Source: Geosiphon pyriformis uo1
Lineage: Eukaryota > Fungi > Glomeromycota
Length of the DNA stretch: 64,000 bases
Direction of reading: 5' to 3'
Assembly (NCBI GenBank): GCA_016748015.1
Contig: JAAOMT010000135.1
Coordinates: forward strand, 867,085-931,084
The notes under the pieces were generated by a model, which saw only the letters and a program-made list of their open reading frames with translations, had not been told where the DNA came from and did no database searches. Within the stretch, counting starts at the first letter, position 1; each line of letters starts with the position of its first letter. This document shows, one piece after another, positions 1 to 12,759 of this stretch. A program made the position numbers and the translations under genes.

Positions 1-2496
1 TGATTAATTGACTCACTAAATTGTTTTAATTTGGAATCCAATTCAGATGATCCATTCATTACTAGGTTTATTGCTTGGATGTGGTTGGCTTCTAACTCAG
101 CTGCTTCAAAATCTCTGGCATGTGTAACTGCAGTAGGGAGGTCAACTGGATGTATTGGGCGTACTCGCTGGAGGAGGTTACTGCACAAACCTCTAATAAA
201 TTAGTTCAAAATCTGTGGTGCTGTAAAATAGTCAGCTTGAATTGCTTGAATCTGGCGCAGGTTTCTATGGAAGCATCCCAAGTAAGTGGTAACTGCTTCA
301 GTATCTCCTTGTTTGATGGTGGTAAAGAGGTTGGCTAATTTGTTGATGCTATTATTGTTGCTAAAATATCTTACAAATTCCGTCTTGAAGTTGTTGAAGG
401 TTTGGGGTTTGACAGCTAGACTTTGATACCATGTATCCATGGTGTCCCTTAGAAAGTATGAGATGGCTTAAAGTGCTCAGGCATTATTCCATCTATTCAC
501 AGTGATGGTTTTCTTTATGTCATTCAGCCATACTTGCACGTTGTCTTCTTTGCTGGTAAAGTTGTCAAGTTTTGCAATTGGTGTGTAGGCCATTGGATCT
601 AAGTTGGATTGTTGTGGTGGCTGTTGAAGTGGTTGTTGTTGTACTGGTTGTTGGGGTGGTAGTTGAAATGGCTGTTGTATGGGTTTGACTACTGGATTAA
701 TTGGCAGTTGATCAATGACAATTACTAGAAGTAAGTTTTGCTGATTAATTAATTTGGGGTTTGGATTGTTCTGCTTTTGATGATTTGAAGTTTCAATTTC
801 CAAATTTTCTAGATTTAGATTTTGCTGAGCTTGAAAATTTGGGGTTTCAACTTCCGGGTTTTCAGTGATCGGGTTTTGGTAAGTAAATTCTTGATCTTCT
901 GATTTTTTTTCTGATTCTTCTTTCTCTTTTTCTTCATGGGATAGTGGTTCCAAAGTCCGGTTGAGGCAGCAGTAATCAAATTCCTGATGGGGTTGGTGAT
1001 TGCAATTTAAATCCTTCAAAATATTTGTCATATGATCCTAATAGATCTGTTTTTCTTTGTTTACTTTGGAATGGGAATTGTCCGAATGTTGATATTGCGT
1101 TTGATGTGGATGTGCTTGCTGATATTATATTAATGGCACTTCTCAGTGTGTAGTGATAGAATAGGGCAGTTGGTAATTCAACTTTTGTTTTCTTCCAAGT
1201 GAGTGGTTGTATTTTTTTGGGTATTACTGCTGGTGTTTGTAGTTTTCTTTTGCCTTTACTGGCATAAGTAATTGGATATCTTTGTTAAGTGTGATATTCA
1301 ATTTCTTTGTTGATCTTAGTAATGATGGAAGCAAAATTGTGATTTGTTGGCAGGTTGGTATTTTGAATTAATTCTCTATAGAAAGTTTCCCTGGCTGATT
1401 CAGTATTCACTGGTGTTCTTAACAAAGAGGAAATCTTTTCATTAACGTAGAAATTAAAGGCTGATTTGGTGGATATATGATTGTGGTTTAATCCCAAGTG
1501 TTAACAATAGTGTTGAAATAGGGATTTCGTGAATCCTAAATGGTTTGCTCTTATGTTTTCTGATTCTGCCACTTTTGGTTTGGTGTTGTTGGTGCTGGTT
1601 CTCTGTAGGATTATATCTCACAGGGAGCACCAAATGTTACAAGTGATTCTTTGAGGTCTTGAATCAAATAACAAACCTGTAACTTAGTACTCAAAAGCTA
1701 TTTCCGTTGATGATGTTCTAAAAGTATTGTATCTGAAGGTTTTGATGGAGTCTTTTGAATAATAGACAGAAATTCAATAGTTGTTTTATCTATAGCTTCC
1801 CAGATTCGCAAGTCTGTCAATTTTTTTCTCAGCTTGGTGGCCGGCAATCCTCTAGTAAGTAATTCATATCTTCTGTACGTATTTTACCCTCTCGCAGGGG
1901 TCTTTTACCAGGCAATCTTTGATGTCAATAATCAGCACTTTCAATCAATTGGTTAGTGCACAATAACAAAATCACAGAAAATAAAGAAAATAAAGAAATC
2001 TAAAGAAATAAGCCAAAGTGAGTTTTAGATTAGTATCCCATCAATAGCTGTAATCAAGAGCTATTGTTCCAGTGTAGTTAAGTATCAATTACTATCAACA
2101 TGAAGTGTTAATAGTGAAAAGTAGATTGAGATATGAAATAATTATTTATTTGATGATTGTGTTTCTAGGCTAAAGATTCTGTGGTATCGATTCTGTGGTA
2201 TTGATTCTGTCTTTTCTGTTTCTAATACTACTGCTATATATACATATTTAAGATTCCTCAATTCCTTAATTTCTTGTGACAGGAATTTTGGAATTCCTGG
2301 AATCCTGCGATTCCTAATGAGAAGAATCCTGGAATTCTGGAATCCTGTGATTCCTTATCAGGGAATTCTAAAATTTCTGGAATCCTGCAATTCCTTTGAG
2401 AGGAATTCTAGAATTCCACATTTACTATGTCTACTTCTGATTGACTAATATCTACTGACTAATAATACTATATTTTCCTATATTCTATAAGTAACA
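1..2496 (-). mobile_element. Ty3/Gypsy LTR retrotransposon G0 (5' LTR, PBS, decayed gag; continues off the left edge)
   Basis: LTR 1635-2496 with TGTTAC/GTAACA termini. PBS TGGTGCTCCCTGTGAG on minus at 1617-1632. gag fragments (MAYTPIAKLDNF, WYQSLAVKPQTFN..FVRYFSNNNSIN) match G2 and G3. Inserted into pogo copy P3 at 2496/2497. Confidence 0.9.
1635..2496 (-). repeat. 5' LTR of G0 (862 bp)
   Basis: Terminal TGTTAC..GTAACA; GGAATTCC/GGAATCC repeat array at 2280-2420 next to a TATA-like motif; homologous to the LTR at 25485-26150. Confidence 0.88.
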
Positions 2497-2792
2497 GTGG
2501 TGGTGGCTTATAAAGAAGAAAAGTAATTGAATGTTGTAATATTTCAGAAATTTTGTTTAGTGTTCTATAATTGTTTTCAGAAACTTCTCTAATTTTTTTT
2601 ACTACCATAAAAAGAATGATTTCCATTAACAAATCAGGAAATCTCCCTGACTGTACATGTCTGATTAAATATAAGATGACATCTAATGTTTATATCTAAT
2701 ATTATATGATTATAATGTGACTATAGAAAATGGAAATTATTTATATTCTGCTATCATATTTGTGGGGATAAGGACTATAAAGAGATATATAT

Positions 2793-3528
2793 TGTTACAG
2801 TTAAAACCTATACTTCTTATTAATTATCACATATATTAGCCACTAATGTTATATGATTAGCCACACTATTTTTAGAAAGTAATCATTAACCTGATCAATA
2901 ACCTGACCATTGACCTGATCATTGACCTAATCATTGACTTGATTATTAACCTAATTACTGACCTGATCATTAACCTAGTCATTAACTTGATTATTGACCA
3001 CTTTTGACAGCTATATAAGCAATGAATCTCTTAACTGTAGAAAAGCATGTAATAACAAGCATCTGAATAATTAAGAATAAATAAAATAATAACTTTCATT
3101 TCAATCCTTCTCTTATTACTAATTTTCCTTTCCCTATCTTCAAGTATCTGAACATCTTAAAAATAAAAGATTACTTGTTGGCCTTTTCCTGACATATATA
3201 ATTGTAGCATTTGAAGATTATTTGAATAAACGTGACTGAAAAGCACAAGTTGATACCTGATATTGAATTCTAAGAGTGCTGACGTGAGGCATAGAATTAT
3301 ACTAGTGGTGATCAATTGTTGACAGTATGGACTATCTCTCTACCTTTAGATTCCCCAATTACTTTGAAAAGTATAGCAACTGAAATATTTTATGAGACTG
3401 ATCTCACACATTGAATCTATACTCATTCAATTTACTCTTTAAAGTTGAATTCCTCTTTGATTATTTCCATCACCCTACAATCCTGTTTTCTCTTGCTATC
3501 CATTAGCTTGTTACTCCAACTCGTAACA
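2793..3528 (+). repeat. 5' LTR of G1 (736 bp)
   Basis: TGTTAC..GTAACA; direct repeat of 9859-10534; 12-bp TGACCTGATCAT array upstream of CTATATAAG. Confidence 0.95.
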
Positions 3529-3534
3529 TAAAAG

Positions 3535-3551
3535 TGGTGCTCCCTGTGAGG
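3535..3551 (+). promoter_or_regulatory. Primer-binding site of G1
   Basis: TGGTGCTCCCTGTGAGG just after the LTR; complementary to a tRNA 3' end (..CCUCACAGGGAGCACCA). Confidence 0.9.
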
Positions 3552-3580
3552 TTGTCAAAATCCATTTTGTTTTCTATTGT

Positions 3581-5134
3581 ATGGGTGATTATTCATATCT
3601 GCCACAACAATTAGAAGAATACTTTAAAGCACATAACAAAAACAATCTAGACTTTATTGAACTCAATTTTTTGCCCTTCTGCTTGATTTGTTTCTTCATT
3701 GAAGAACAATCTAGCAGACAATTCCAAGACTTTTGGAACTGGTTCTTAAATGAGCATTCAGCTGAAACCTATACAGCCTATACAATCTATTACTTTGACC
3801 AAGCTTATTTTGAAGATGACTTTGAAGGAAGAAACAACAGTATCAATCAGCTTTTATATTTTGCAACCTTTGAACAACAGCCCCCTGATTTTGAATATCT
3901 AAATCATCAAATCCACATTTGGATTGCTGCTCATCAATCAACAAAAACTTCTCTTGAAACAGAAGAAGAAAGCTATCAAACCACTCCTGTTTTTGATCTC
4001 TTTTCAAGTGAATCAGAACACTCCACACAAACAGTTACACCTGAACCAATGGCTCAAGACCCTCTGCAACAAAACATTCTGATTGCCTTCCAAGATATAC
4101 AGACTGCTTTAGGGCAAAGAAACAACACCCCATTATCATTATTCAGAGGTGATGCCCAAGATCCAATTGAATGGTTGGATGATTTTGAAAGATCTGCCAC
4201 AGCAAACCAATATGATAATGAATACAAGTTCCAAATTGTTGGTGGCTACCTCCAAGGCTCTTCTGCTACTTGGTTTTCCCAAGAAACCAATATCAATGCC
4301 CAGCAAAGAATTATTAGATGGACACCGGCAAATGGTGGAGAAAATAACACCTCTTTTACTACCCAGTTTGAAATGAAATTTAAAACTCCCATCTTAATCT
4401 CTAAATGGCATATGGAATTAAAAAGAAGAACCCAAAGTCCTGGTGAAGTTGTGACTGAATATGCTAAAGCAATCAGAAAACTAATCAAATGTGTAGACTT
4501 TGATAGAAATTGGATAAAAGAACAAAAAATTCATTCTTTTACAAAAGAATTGAGAACTGATCTCTCATATGCTCTTTGGCCCCTTTTGGCCCTGAAAAAT
4601 AATCACACAATGGATATGGCCATTGAACTTGCTCAGCAAATAGAAGACAATCAAAGAATGCATCTTGAATTTACACTTCCAGTTTTTGCTCCTGTTCCTA
4701 TTATGGCTCCTGCTCCCCAAATGGCTGCTACTTCTTTTGCTGCCCAAACTCAAGACCCAAATAAACAGTTGATAGATAAACTTACAGCAAATTTTGCTCA
4801 GCTATTAGAACCATTAGCCCAAGCAGTCAGAGATAATCAGCAATCCCAAAGATTCAGATTTGAACCACGCTTCAATCAACCTCAACAACCATCTTATCAA
4901 AGACAACAAAATTATGGTCCACCTGTGTGTTATCACTGTGGATTAACCAGATATTTCTCAAGAAATTGCAATAACCCTCTCTTACCTCCTCCAGCTTCCA
5001 GAAACAATGATAATTAAAACAACAGATTCATTAACAACAATGCCCCCAATCAAAGACCTAATCATGCCAACATCAATTTCTTTGGAGAGGATCCCCTAGT
5101 TAAAGTCATTGTTTATTAGCTTTTAAACTGGTAG
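3581..5134 (+). pseudogene. gag: gag of G1 (retrotransposon capsid plus degenerate CCHC knuckle)
   Basis: FRGDAQDPIEWLDDFE capsid motif, QSPGEVVTEYA, and CYHCGLTRYFSRNC knuckle. Stops at 5015 and 5117 look like C>T products; the likely native stop is TAG 5132-5134. Confidence 0.9.
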
Positions 5135-5184
5135 GTGCATCTCCAAAGGGTGAGAGTGCAAGCCAACCAGAAGAAAATCCCTTT
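5122..5184 (+). promoter_or_regulatory. Putative -1 ribosomal frameshift signal (U_UUA_AAC plus H-type pseudoknot)
   Basis: Heptamer 5122-5128 is in gag phase and pol is in the -1 frame. 7-nt spacer; stem 5136-5143/5152-5160; loop AAAGGG pairs with CCCTTT 5179-5184. Confidence 0.8.
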
Positions 5185-8100
5185 TATGCTTTCAATCTAA
5201 CTGATGATGACCATGACATAGATGAACTAGCAATCAACACCTCAGAAACAACAAGAAAGAAGAAGAAAGCCAAAGTTGATTTCGTTCTAGATCCAAACAA
5301 AGCATCCACATCAACTGCTAATAACAATAAACCACTAAAGGCTAAAGTTTTCAGAAATCCTCCAAAGTTGGAACCCCCAGAAATTGTACAAAAATCTGGT
5401 ACCTATTCAGTTGTCAAAGATCTCATGGAGACTCCAGCACACATAATTTTTGGCCAGTTAATGACCCATTCACAGTTCAGAAAAGATCTTCGCAAATCCC
5501 TAATCCTAAAGAAAAAAACACCAAAAATTAACAAATGCTCTCACCAAGCCAAACTCATTGACAATAGTAATGTCACCCCTCTAATCTGTAAAGCCCAAGT
5601 GGCTGGTTACTTCATTGACCTAATTTTAGACAGTAGATTATCTGTAAGTGTTATTGCCAAACACTTTTTAGAAGCAATTGGCAGAAAGATTGATGAACCT
5701 TTTACTCGACCAATAACCAATGTACATGGTGATAAGAAAAAAGATCTGGGCATAGCCAAAGCCATTCCTGTTCGCATCAATGGTATCAGTATTAAAACTG
5801 ATATGGAAGTTTCTGAAGCCAAGAAATACACCATTATAGTTGACAATGAATGGCTTAAGAAAGCCAAAGCTCTACTTGATTATGAACTGTGTAAATTAAC
5901 CATCAGATATGGTGAAAAGCTTATTGTGGTTAAATGCTGCCATTGGACAACCCCTTCAGTAACCAAGCAAAACCAAGAAAAACAATCAGATAAATCAGAT
6001 GATGATGAGAGTGATGAAGAAGAAGATCAAGAAGAACAAGAAGAAACTGCTGAACTTGTCTATACCATTTTCACCAGCAATAGCAAACCACTAGATAATA
6101 TTAAAGCAGATAAAAAAAGAATCAATGTTAATGACAAGATGATTTGTTGGCCTTACTATGATATATTCAGAAGAACTTTTGATAGAAAGCCTGGTAAGAA
6201 AGCAAAATATAGTTATTGGTGGTATGGCCCTTGTGCCCGGTGCTAATGCAATAAACCCTTGTATTCTCCAAGTGATGAATGCAAATCATGCCTGATCTAT
6301 TACAAAGATTGGGAACCAATCAGCTTGATACCTAGAGAAGAATTAAAAGAAATCCAAAAGTTTTTTGAAAATAAACCACCTAAGACCCAATTACTAGTGA
6401 TAGAACAAAGAAAACTCTCACCAGAAGAAAAAAAAGTTGACATTGAAAATCTGTTGGCTAGAAATAGCCCAGTTATCTCAAAAGAAGGTAATACTCCCAG
6501 AAGAATTCATGTGATACAACACACTATCACCACCAAAGAAACTTGACTCATATACTTGAAGCCTTATCAATCCAATCACTGCAATGATGAGTTCATCAAG
6601 AAAGAAATAAAACAAATGAAAGATCTTAGATTCATACAAGAAACCAAGAGTGAATGGGCTTTTCCAGTTGTAGTGACATCTAAGAAAAATAGAACCCTAT
6701 GCTTTTGTGTTGACTACCACCAATTAAATGTCATTACTGTAAGAGATATGTACCCACTTCTCAAAATTGATGCAATGTTAGATTAATTCAATGGTGCTGC
6801 TTTCTTTTCAACCATTGACTTAACTGCTGGATTCTGGCAAGTAAAGATGGATCCAGAAAGCAGAAAAAAAACTGCTTTCATTACCAAATATGGCACCTAT
6901 GAATTCACAGTCATGTCTTTTGGTCTCACAAACACTCCTTTCACCTTTCAATGCCTAATAGACAAAGTGTTTGAATCAGTAAAAGAAAACTTTGTTCTAA
7001 TTTATTTGGATGATATAATGATATACTCAAAAATCTGGAATGAACACCTTGAACATTTGCAAAAGGTTTTTGATCTGCTCAGAAATGCTGGCCTCAAGAT
7101 AAACCCAATCAAATTTTTCTTTGGATGCCAATCCACCCAGTTTCTTGGTCATCTTGTTACAAAAGATGGAATTTTTTTTGATTCAGCTAAAGTTGAAAAA
7201 GTCCAGAACATTAGACAACCAATGAATGTTTCTGAACTACGCTCTTTCCTTGGTTTGGCCTCCTATTATTGCAAATTTGTCAAAAATTTCTCTAAAATTA
7301 CCACTCTTCTTAATCAGCTACTCAGAAAAAATGTCAATTATTACTGGGGCATTTATCAACAAAAAGCTTTTGAAATTCTAAAGGAAAAACTTGTTACTGA
7401 ACCAATTCTCAAACAACCTGACTTGGATCAATCTTTTATTCTGCACACTAATGCATCTGGCTATGGACTTGGTGCTGTTTTCTCTCAAAAAGATAAAGAT
7501 AACAGAGAACATGCTATAGCATATGCAAGTAGAACTCTCACACCAGCAGAAAAGAACTATACAGTTACTGAACAAAAATGTTTAACAGTAGTTTGGGCTA
7601 CTAATTACTGGGATCAATATCTTCTTGGTGCTAAATTCCTGGTAGTAACAGATCATCAAGCCTTGGTTTGACTGCACAACAAAAGAAAGCTGGAACATAA
7701 ACGAATAACTTACTGAATATTCCACTTGGACGAATTTGACTATAATATTTAACACCACAAAGGAGCTAATTATCAAAATGCTGATGCTCTCTCCAAACTT
7801 ACCATCTAATAATAATTACAACCTCTCAAACCAAACCAACTTAATTATTAGTAACTTCCCTTTTGACAAACACAATAATGGACTTGAACAACTATTCTGC
7901 CTTAATAGAATTTTTGGGTAAAGGACAATACCCACTGGAATACACTCAACAACAAAGAGAACACTTGTGCAAACAATCAAATTTCTATTTGATTTGCCAG
8001 TACCAACTATATAAAAGAAACAAAAAAGATCCTGACTGTCTCCAAAGAGTCATAAGATTTGAAGAAAGAGAAATTGTAATCTATAACATGTACACTGATC

Positions 8101-9170
8101 CATTAGCTGGATATTTTGGAAAGACTAAAACAATTCAGAAAATCTTAGCTCGCTATTATTGGCCTACTTTAGGAAAAGACATTGCTGAATACATTAAAAT
8201 CTGTGACACCTGCCAAAAGAGAGGAAAACCCAATCGTAAAGAAGACATCCATTCAATCTTTGTTGGCCAACCATTTGACAAAATTGGTATAGATGTTGTT
8301 GGACCTTTAACAATAACTCCTGATGACAACAGATACATTATCACAGCTACTGACTATCTTACAAAGTGGGTAGAAGCAAGAGCCACCCTAGATCAAATAG
8401 CAGTCTCAATAATCAATTTCATTTATAAAGATATCATTTGTTACCATGGCTGCCTCAAAAAACTATTATCTAATAGAGGAAGAGCTTTTTTTAGTACACT
8501 GGTTGAAGAACTTTGTAGAAAAATGGGAATATGTTACAAACTTTCCTCCCCTTATCACCTCCAAACAAATGGCCTAGTGGAACATTTCAATAGAACACTA
8601 TGTGAAATCTTAGCCAAAACAAGTGAAGAAACAAACTTATGGAACAAAGTACTGCCTTCAGCTTTGTTTGCTTATAAAACTGTGAATCATAACATAACAA
8701 GTTATGAATTCTTTTATCTGCTCTATGGACAAATGGCAACACTACCAATAGAAACTAACATTGAGACAATACCCTTTGAAAAAATCACAATAGAGAATTA
8801 CAAAAACATTTTGCAAAGAAGACTTGGTACCATTCTTGACTCATTGGTAGAAACATGAATAGTTGCTTTTGAAAAGATAAAACAGTTTCAAGAAAAGTTT
8901 AAAAAGAAGAAAACCTATAAAACCCTTTCTTTAAGTGTTGGTAACTTGGTATTAAAATACCATTCAGACAGAGACAATGTCTATGGTGATAAATTTTCTA
9001 GCCAGTGGAAAGAATCCTTTATAGTCAACAAAGTTTTGAACAATGGTTCTTATATTTTTTAAGATCAATCTGGAACAATCCTCAATGATCGTCCTGTTTA
9101 TGGCACACAACTCAAGAAATATTACAAACAATCTGATTGGTTGCTTGTTGTGGTAATACTGACTCAAATG
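5122..9170 (+). pseudogene. pol: pol of G1: aspartic protease, RT, RNase H, integrase (stops and frameshifts)
   Basis: LILDSRLS (protease); FCVDYHQLN, KTAFIT..FGLTN and YLDDI (RT); LHTNASGYGLGAV..IAYASR..TDHQAL (RNase H); CDTCQK, IGIDVVGPL, YHLQTNGLVEHFN (integrase). Confidence 0.95.
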
Positions 9171-9232
9171 ATCAACAAAAATCAAGTATAAATAAATACA
9201 CCATTCTCAAAACAGAGGTATCTTCAATCAAT

Positions 9233-9889
9233 ATGAACAATTATTTTTTGGATCAAAACATTCAAAACACTTTCTATACTCTCTATGAGTATTGGATCAA
9301 AAACTATTCAAATGCTACTCTGACTATTGGAAAACAAACCACCATAATTGACAACAATAGAACACATACTGTTATCAGACCAAAGAAAACTACTACCAAA
9401 AAAGAAAGAATTAGTAGCAAAATGGATAAGTATCTGTTAGAAAGTATAACAGCAGCAATACTTTCACCTTCCAGCACAATTGGAAAAACAATTCAAAAAA
9501 TCTTACCCATAGACAAAAACTTGTCATATGGAAGACAATTAGAACTCTATGGTCATCTTAGTGAAATCATAGAGGATATGAAACTCATGAAAAAAACAAC
9601 TTCAGAGATACAGGCAGAAATTTTGGGCATTATACGGTTAGATGTCTTAAGAGTTTTAACTATTGCTAAAAGAACCAAAACTCTAATACAAAGATTTGGT
9701 TTCTTAGATACAAAACTCATTTTGTTTCAAGTGTTATATATCTTATTGACAAAAAATTTCAACAAACTAGTTAGCTTTGAGTTAGATAATATTCTTCCAA
9801 TAGATTACACCATAAATAGCTTAATTTTGCTGGAGCTCAATCTCTTTGGAGAAGATAATGTTATGGTTGAAACCTATACTTCTTATTAA
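9233..9889 (+). CDS. Extra ORF3 of G1 between integrase and the 3' LTR, function unknown
   Basis: About 218 open codons from ATG 9233 in an otherwise decayed element; no recognisable domain, signal peptide or clear TM helix; runs through the PPT. Confidence 0.55.
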   Translation: MNNYFLDQNIQNTFYTLYEYWIKNYSNATLTIGKQTTIIDNNRTHTVIRPKKTTTKKERISSKMDKYLLESITAAILSPSSTIGKTIQKILPIDKNLSYGRQLELYGHLSEIIEDMKLMKKTTSEIQAEILGIIRLDVLRVLTIAKRTKTLIQRFGFLDTKLILFQVLYILLTKNFNKLVSFELDNILPIDYTINSLILLELNLFGEDNVMVETYTSY

Positions 9890-10534
9890 TTATTACATGT
9901 ATTAGCCACTGATGTTATATAATTAGCCACGCTATTTTTAGAAAGTGATCATTAACCTGATTACTGACCTGATCATTAACCTAGTCATTGACCTGATTAT
10001 TGACCACTTTTGACAGCTATATAAGCAATAAATCTCTTAGCTGTAAAAAAGCATGTAATAACAAGCATTTGAATAATTAAGAATAAATAAAATAACAACT
10101 TTTATCTCAATCCTTTTCTTATTGCTAATTTTCCTTTCCTTACTTTTAAGTATTTGAACATTTTAAAGATAAAAGATTACTTGTTGGCCTTTTCCTGACA
10201 TATATAATTGTAGCATTTAAAGATTATTTAAATAAATATGACTGAAAAGCACAAGTTGATACCTGATATTGAATTCTAAGAACACCAATGTGAGGCATAT
10301 AATTATACTAGTGATGATCAATTGTTGATAGTATGGACTATCCCTCTACCTTCAGATTCCCCAATTACTTTGAAAAGTATAGTGATTGAGATATTTTATG
10401 AGACTGATTTTGCACATTGAATCCATATTTATTTAATTCACTCTTTAAAGTTGAATTCCCCTTTGATTATTTTCATCATCCTACAATCCTGTTCTCTTTT
10501 GCTATCTGTTAGCTTATTACTTTAACCTATAACA
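9859..10534 (+). repeat. 3' LTR of G1 (676 bp)
   Basis: Copy of the 5' LTR, 60 bp shorter, consistent with five fewer 12-bp units; differences are mostly C>T/G>A. Confidence 0.95.
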
Positions 10535-12759
10535 ATATAGTAAAAGTGACTATAAGGAGATAATATTATATATAAATGGTTTTGGTTTTTAAAAAAATGT
10601 AATTATAAGAAGATAATGACTATAATCAGAAGGACTATAGAGAGAATTTACTGTATATGCTAATTTCTAAAAATATTTGTCAGTTTTTGTTGTTGTATAA
10701 TAATATATAATAATAGAAATATAAATAAGGAAAAAATTTGTTTATTTTGAGTTTTTAATATATCATCAATTGGTTTTTAATTAAGAATATACTGCATAAA
10801 AAAAACCAAAACAAATTCTGCCAAAAAACTTTCTATAATTCATGATATTAAATAGTATATTATATATATTAATATAACTTCAAGTATGGAAAAGAGTGTT
10901 TTTTTAATTATTAATAATAATAAAAAATTTTAATACTACTATATATAAAAATTTACATACATAGATATTATTGTTATCAAATCTTTTAGAATATCTTATA
11001 AATAAATTTTATGAAATTAAACTTATAGTAATTATATAATAATTTTAAAACTAATATTATATCTCAACATAATCTCTATGTACATAATATAACATTTTTC
11101 TATAATATCTTATAATATATGTTCTTTAATAACCAATGTTTTGAATACTTTTTTTTCATAAAATTTTAGAAATAGATTGTGTTTTATTTAATAAGAAAAA
11201 TGATTAAAAGCTTAAAAATTTAAAGCATAAAAATAATATTTATGATTAAAAATTAACTTGATTAGATCTAAAAAAAAAGAACTTACAAATTATTTTTGTA
11301 ATCTATAAGAGATAAAAAACAGTAAGCAACTTTGAAAATTTTAAGCAATATTATTTTTATTATAATGTGAATACTTACTTTAAATTTATAAATAACTTTT
11401 TAATAACTATAATACTATATTTTAAAGAATTGCTTGAATTTAAAAAATATATAAAATTTTTTATAATAAAGATTTTTAGTTAAATTTAATATTTGAATAA
11501 TAAATTATATTAAAAAAAAATATAACAACTAAAATACCTATTGTATATTTAACTGAATTATAATCTAATTTTAGAATTAGTTTCTTAAACTGTAAAAAAA
11601 ATTTTGATTGTTGAATATTTTAACAACTTATTAGAATATAATATATAATAGCTTATTACAATAATCAAAACTTATATCAGTTAATGTTAATTTAAGAAAA
11701 TCAGATTAGAATTGAAAGATTTTTGGCTTTACTTTGATTAAGAAAACTGAAGTTGTCTTAAAACCAATAATCTTAAATAGTTTTTTTTTGTTAGTATTAT
11801 ACATTTTCTAATGAGTTTGTTTTGATGCAAAAATGTATAAAATATATTAATTTAAGTAGATAAAACCCAGATTTTTTTGTAAAAACCTAATAAACTTTTT
11901 ACTTATAAGAATTTGACATCTTTAAAAATACATAAATTATTATTAAAATATATAGCATTTTCGAAATTAATTGTAAGTTCTAATTAAATTCATAAATGAA
12001 TAATATTTTTTTCAAATTTTCTACTGATAAGATGTAAAAAACATATGTTAAGTGTTAAGTAACTAATAAGAAAAAAGTACATAATACTAATCTTAATTAT
12101 GGTTAAGAATTTTGGCTTTTTAATTATATTATAATATTCTGGATATTCTTCTTTAAACAGTAAATTCATAAATAATTCAGCATATTGTTGATTATTAAAT
12201 ATAAAAATAAAAGATTATAACTAGGCTGTAATACTAAAATTGAAATATATTTCAAATATTCTTACCTACTATCTTTTTGATTAACAATTATTTGCAATAA
12301 ATCTTTTATCAGCTTTGAAAAATTAGCTTTAATTTAAAAATTAGGTTTTTTTGAATTGGTTGTTTAATTGTTAATATTAAATTTTTTGCCCAAATTCTTT
12401 GTTATAAGTTGAAGAAATTTTTGTGATAACTATTTTTATTGATATTACTTGAATTTTTGGCTCAAATAATTTTCTCAATTCCAATAAAAAATTTTTTTTA
12501 ATAAATACTAAAAGAGCTTTTTTTGATTGTTTTTTATCCAAAACTATAAAACAGAAATTAAAGCTTAAATTAAAACCAAAGAAATTTAAAGAATAGATAT
12601 ATATCTGAATTAAAAATGCCATTTTTATTGTAATACAATTTTGTTGTATAATATTACATAGTTTAAATCTTTTAATTCTGTCCAAGCATCAATTATATAC
12701 TAGATTAACATTGCATTACATAAAAAAATATCACTTTTTTCTAAAGAAAAAAAAAGCTA

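Larger units (their letters stand above)
2793..10534 (+). mobile_element. Full-length Ty3/Gypsy LTR retrotransposon G1 (7.74 kb, decayed)
   Basis: LTRs 2793-3528 and 9859-10534; 4-bp TSD ATAT, confirmed against the uninterrupted pogo copies; PBS 3535-3551; PPT 9848-9858; domain order gag-PR-RT-RH-IN. Confidence 0.96.
2497..10653 (-). mobile_element. pogo/Tigger DNA transposon copy P3 (left arm only: 2497-2792 and 10535-10653), split by Gypsy G1
   Basis: Both pieces align collinearly with about 42270-42680 and, reverse-complemented, with about 19946-20355. Ends in GAGAGAATTTACTG followed by TA. Confidence 0.88.

Noticed and set aside
9137-9889. ORF3 as a retroviral env
   Set aside because: Too short, with no signal peptide, cleavage site or membrane anchor evident.
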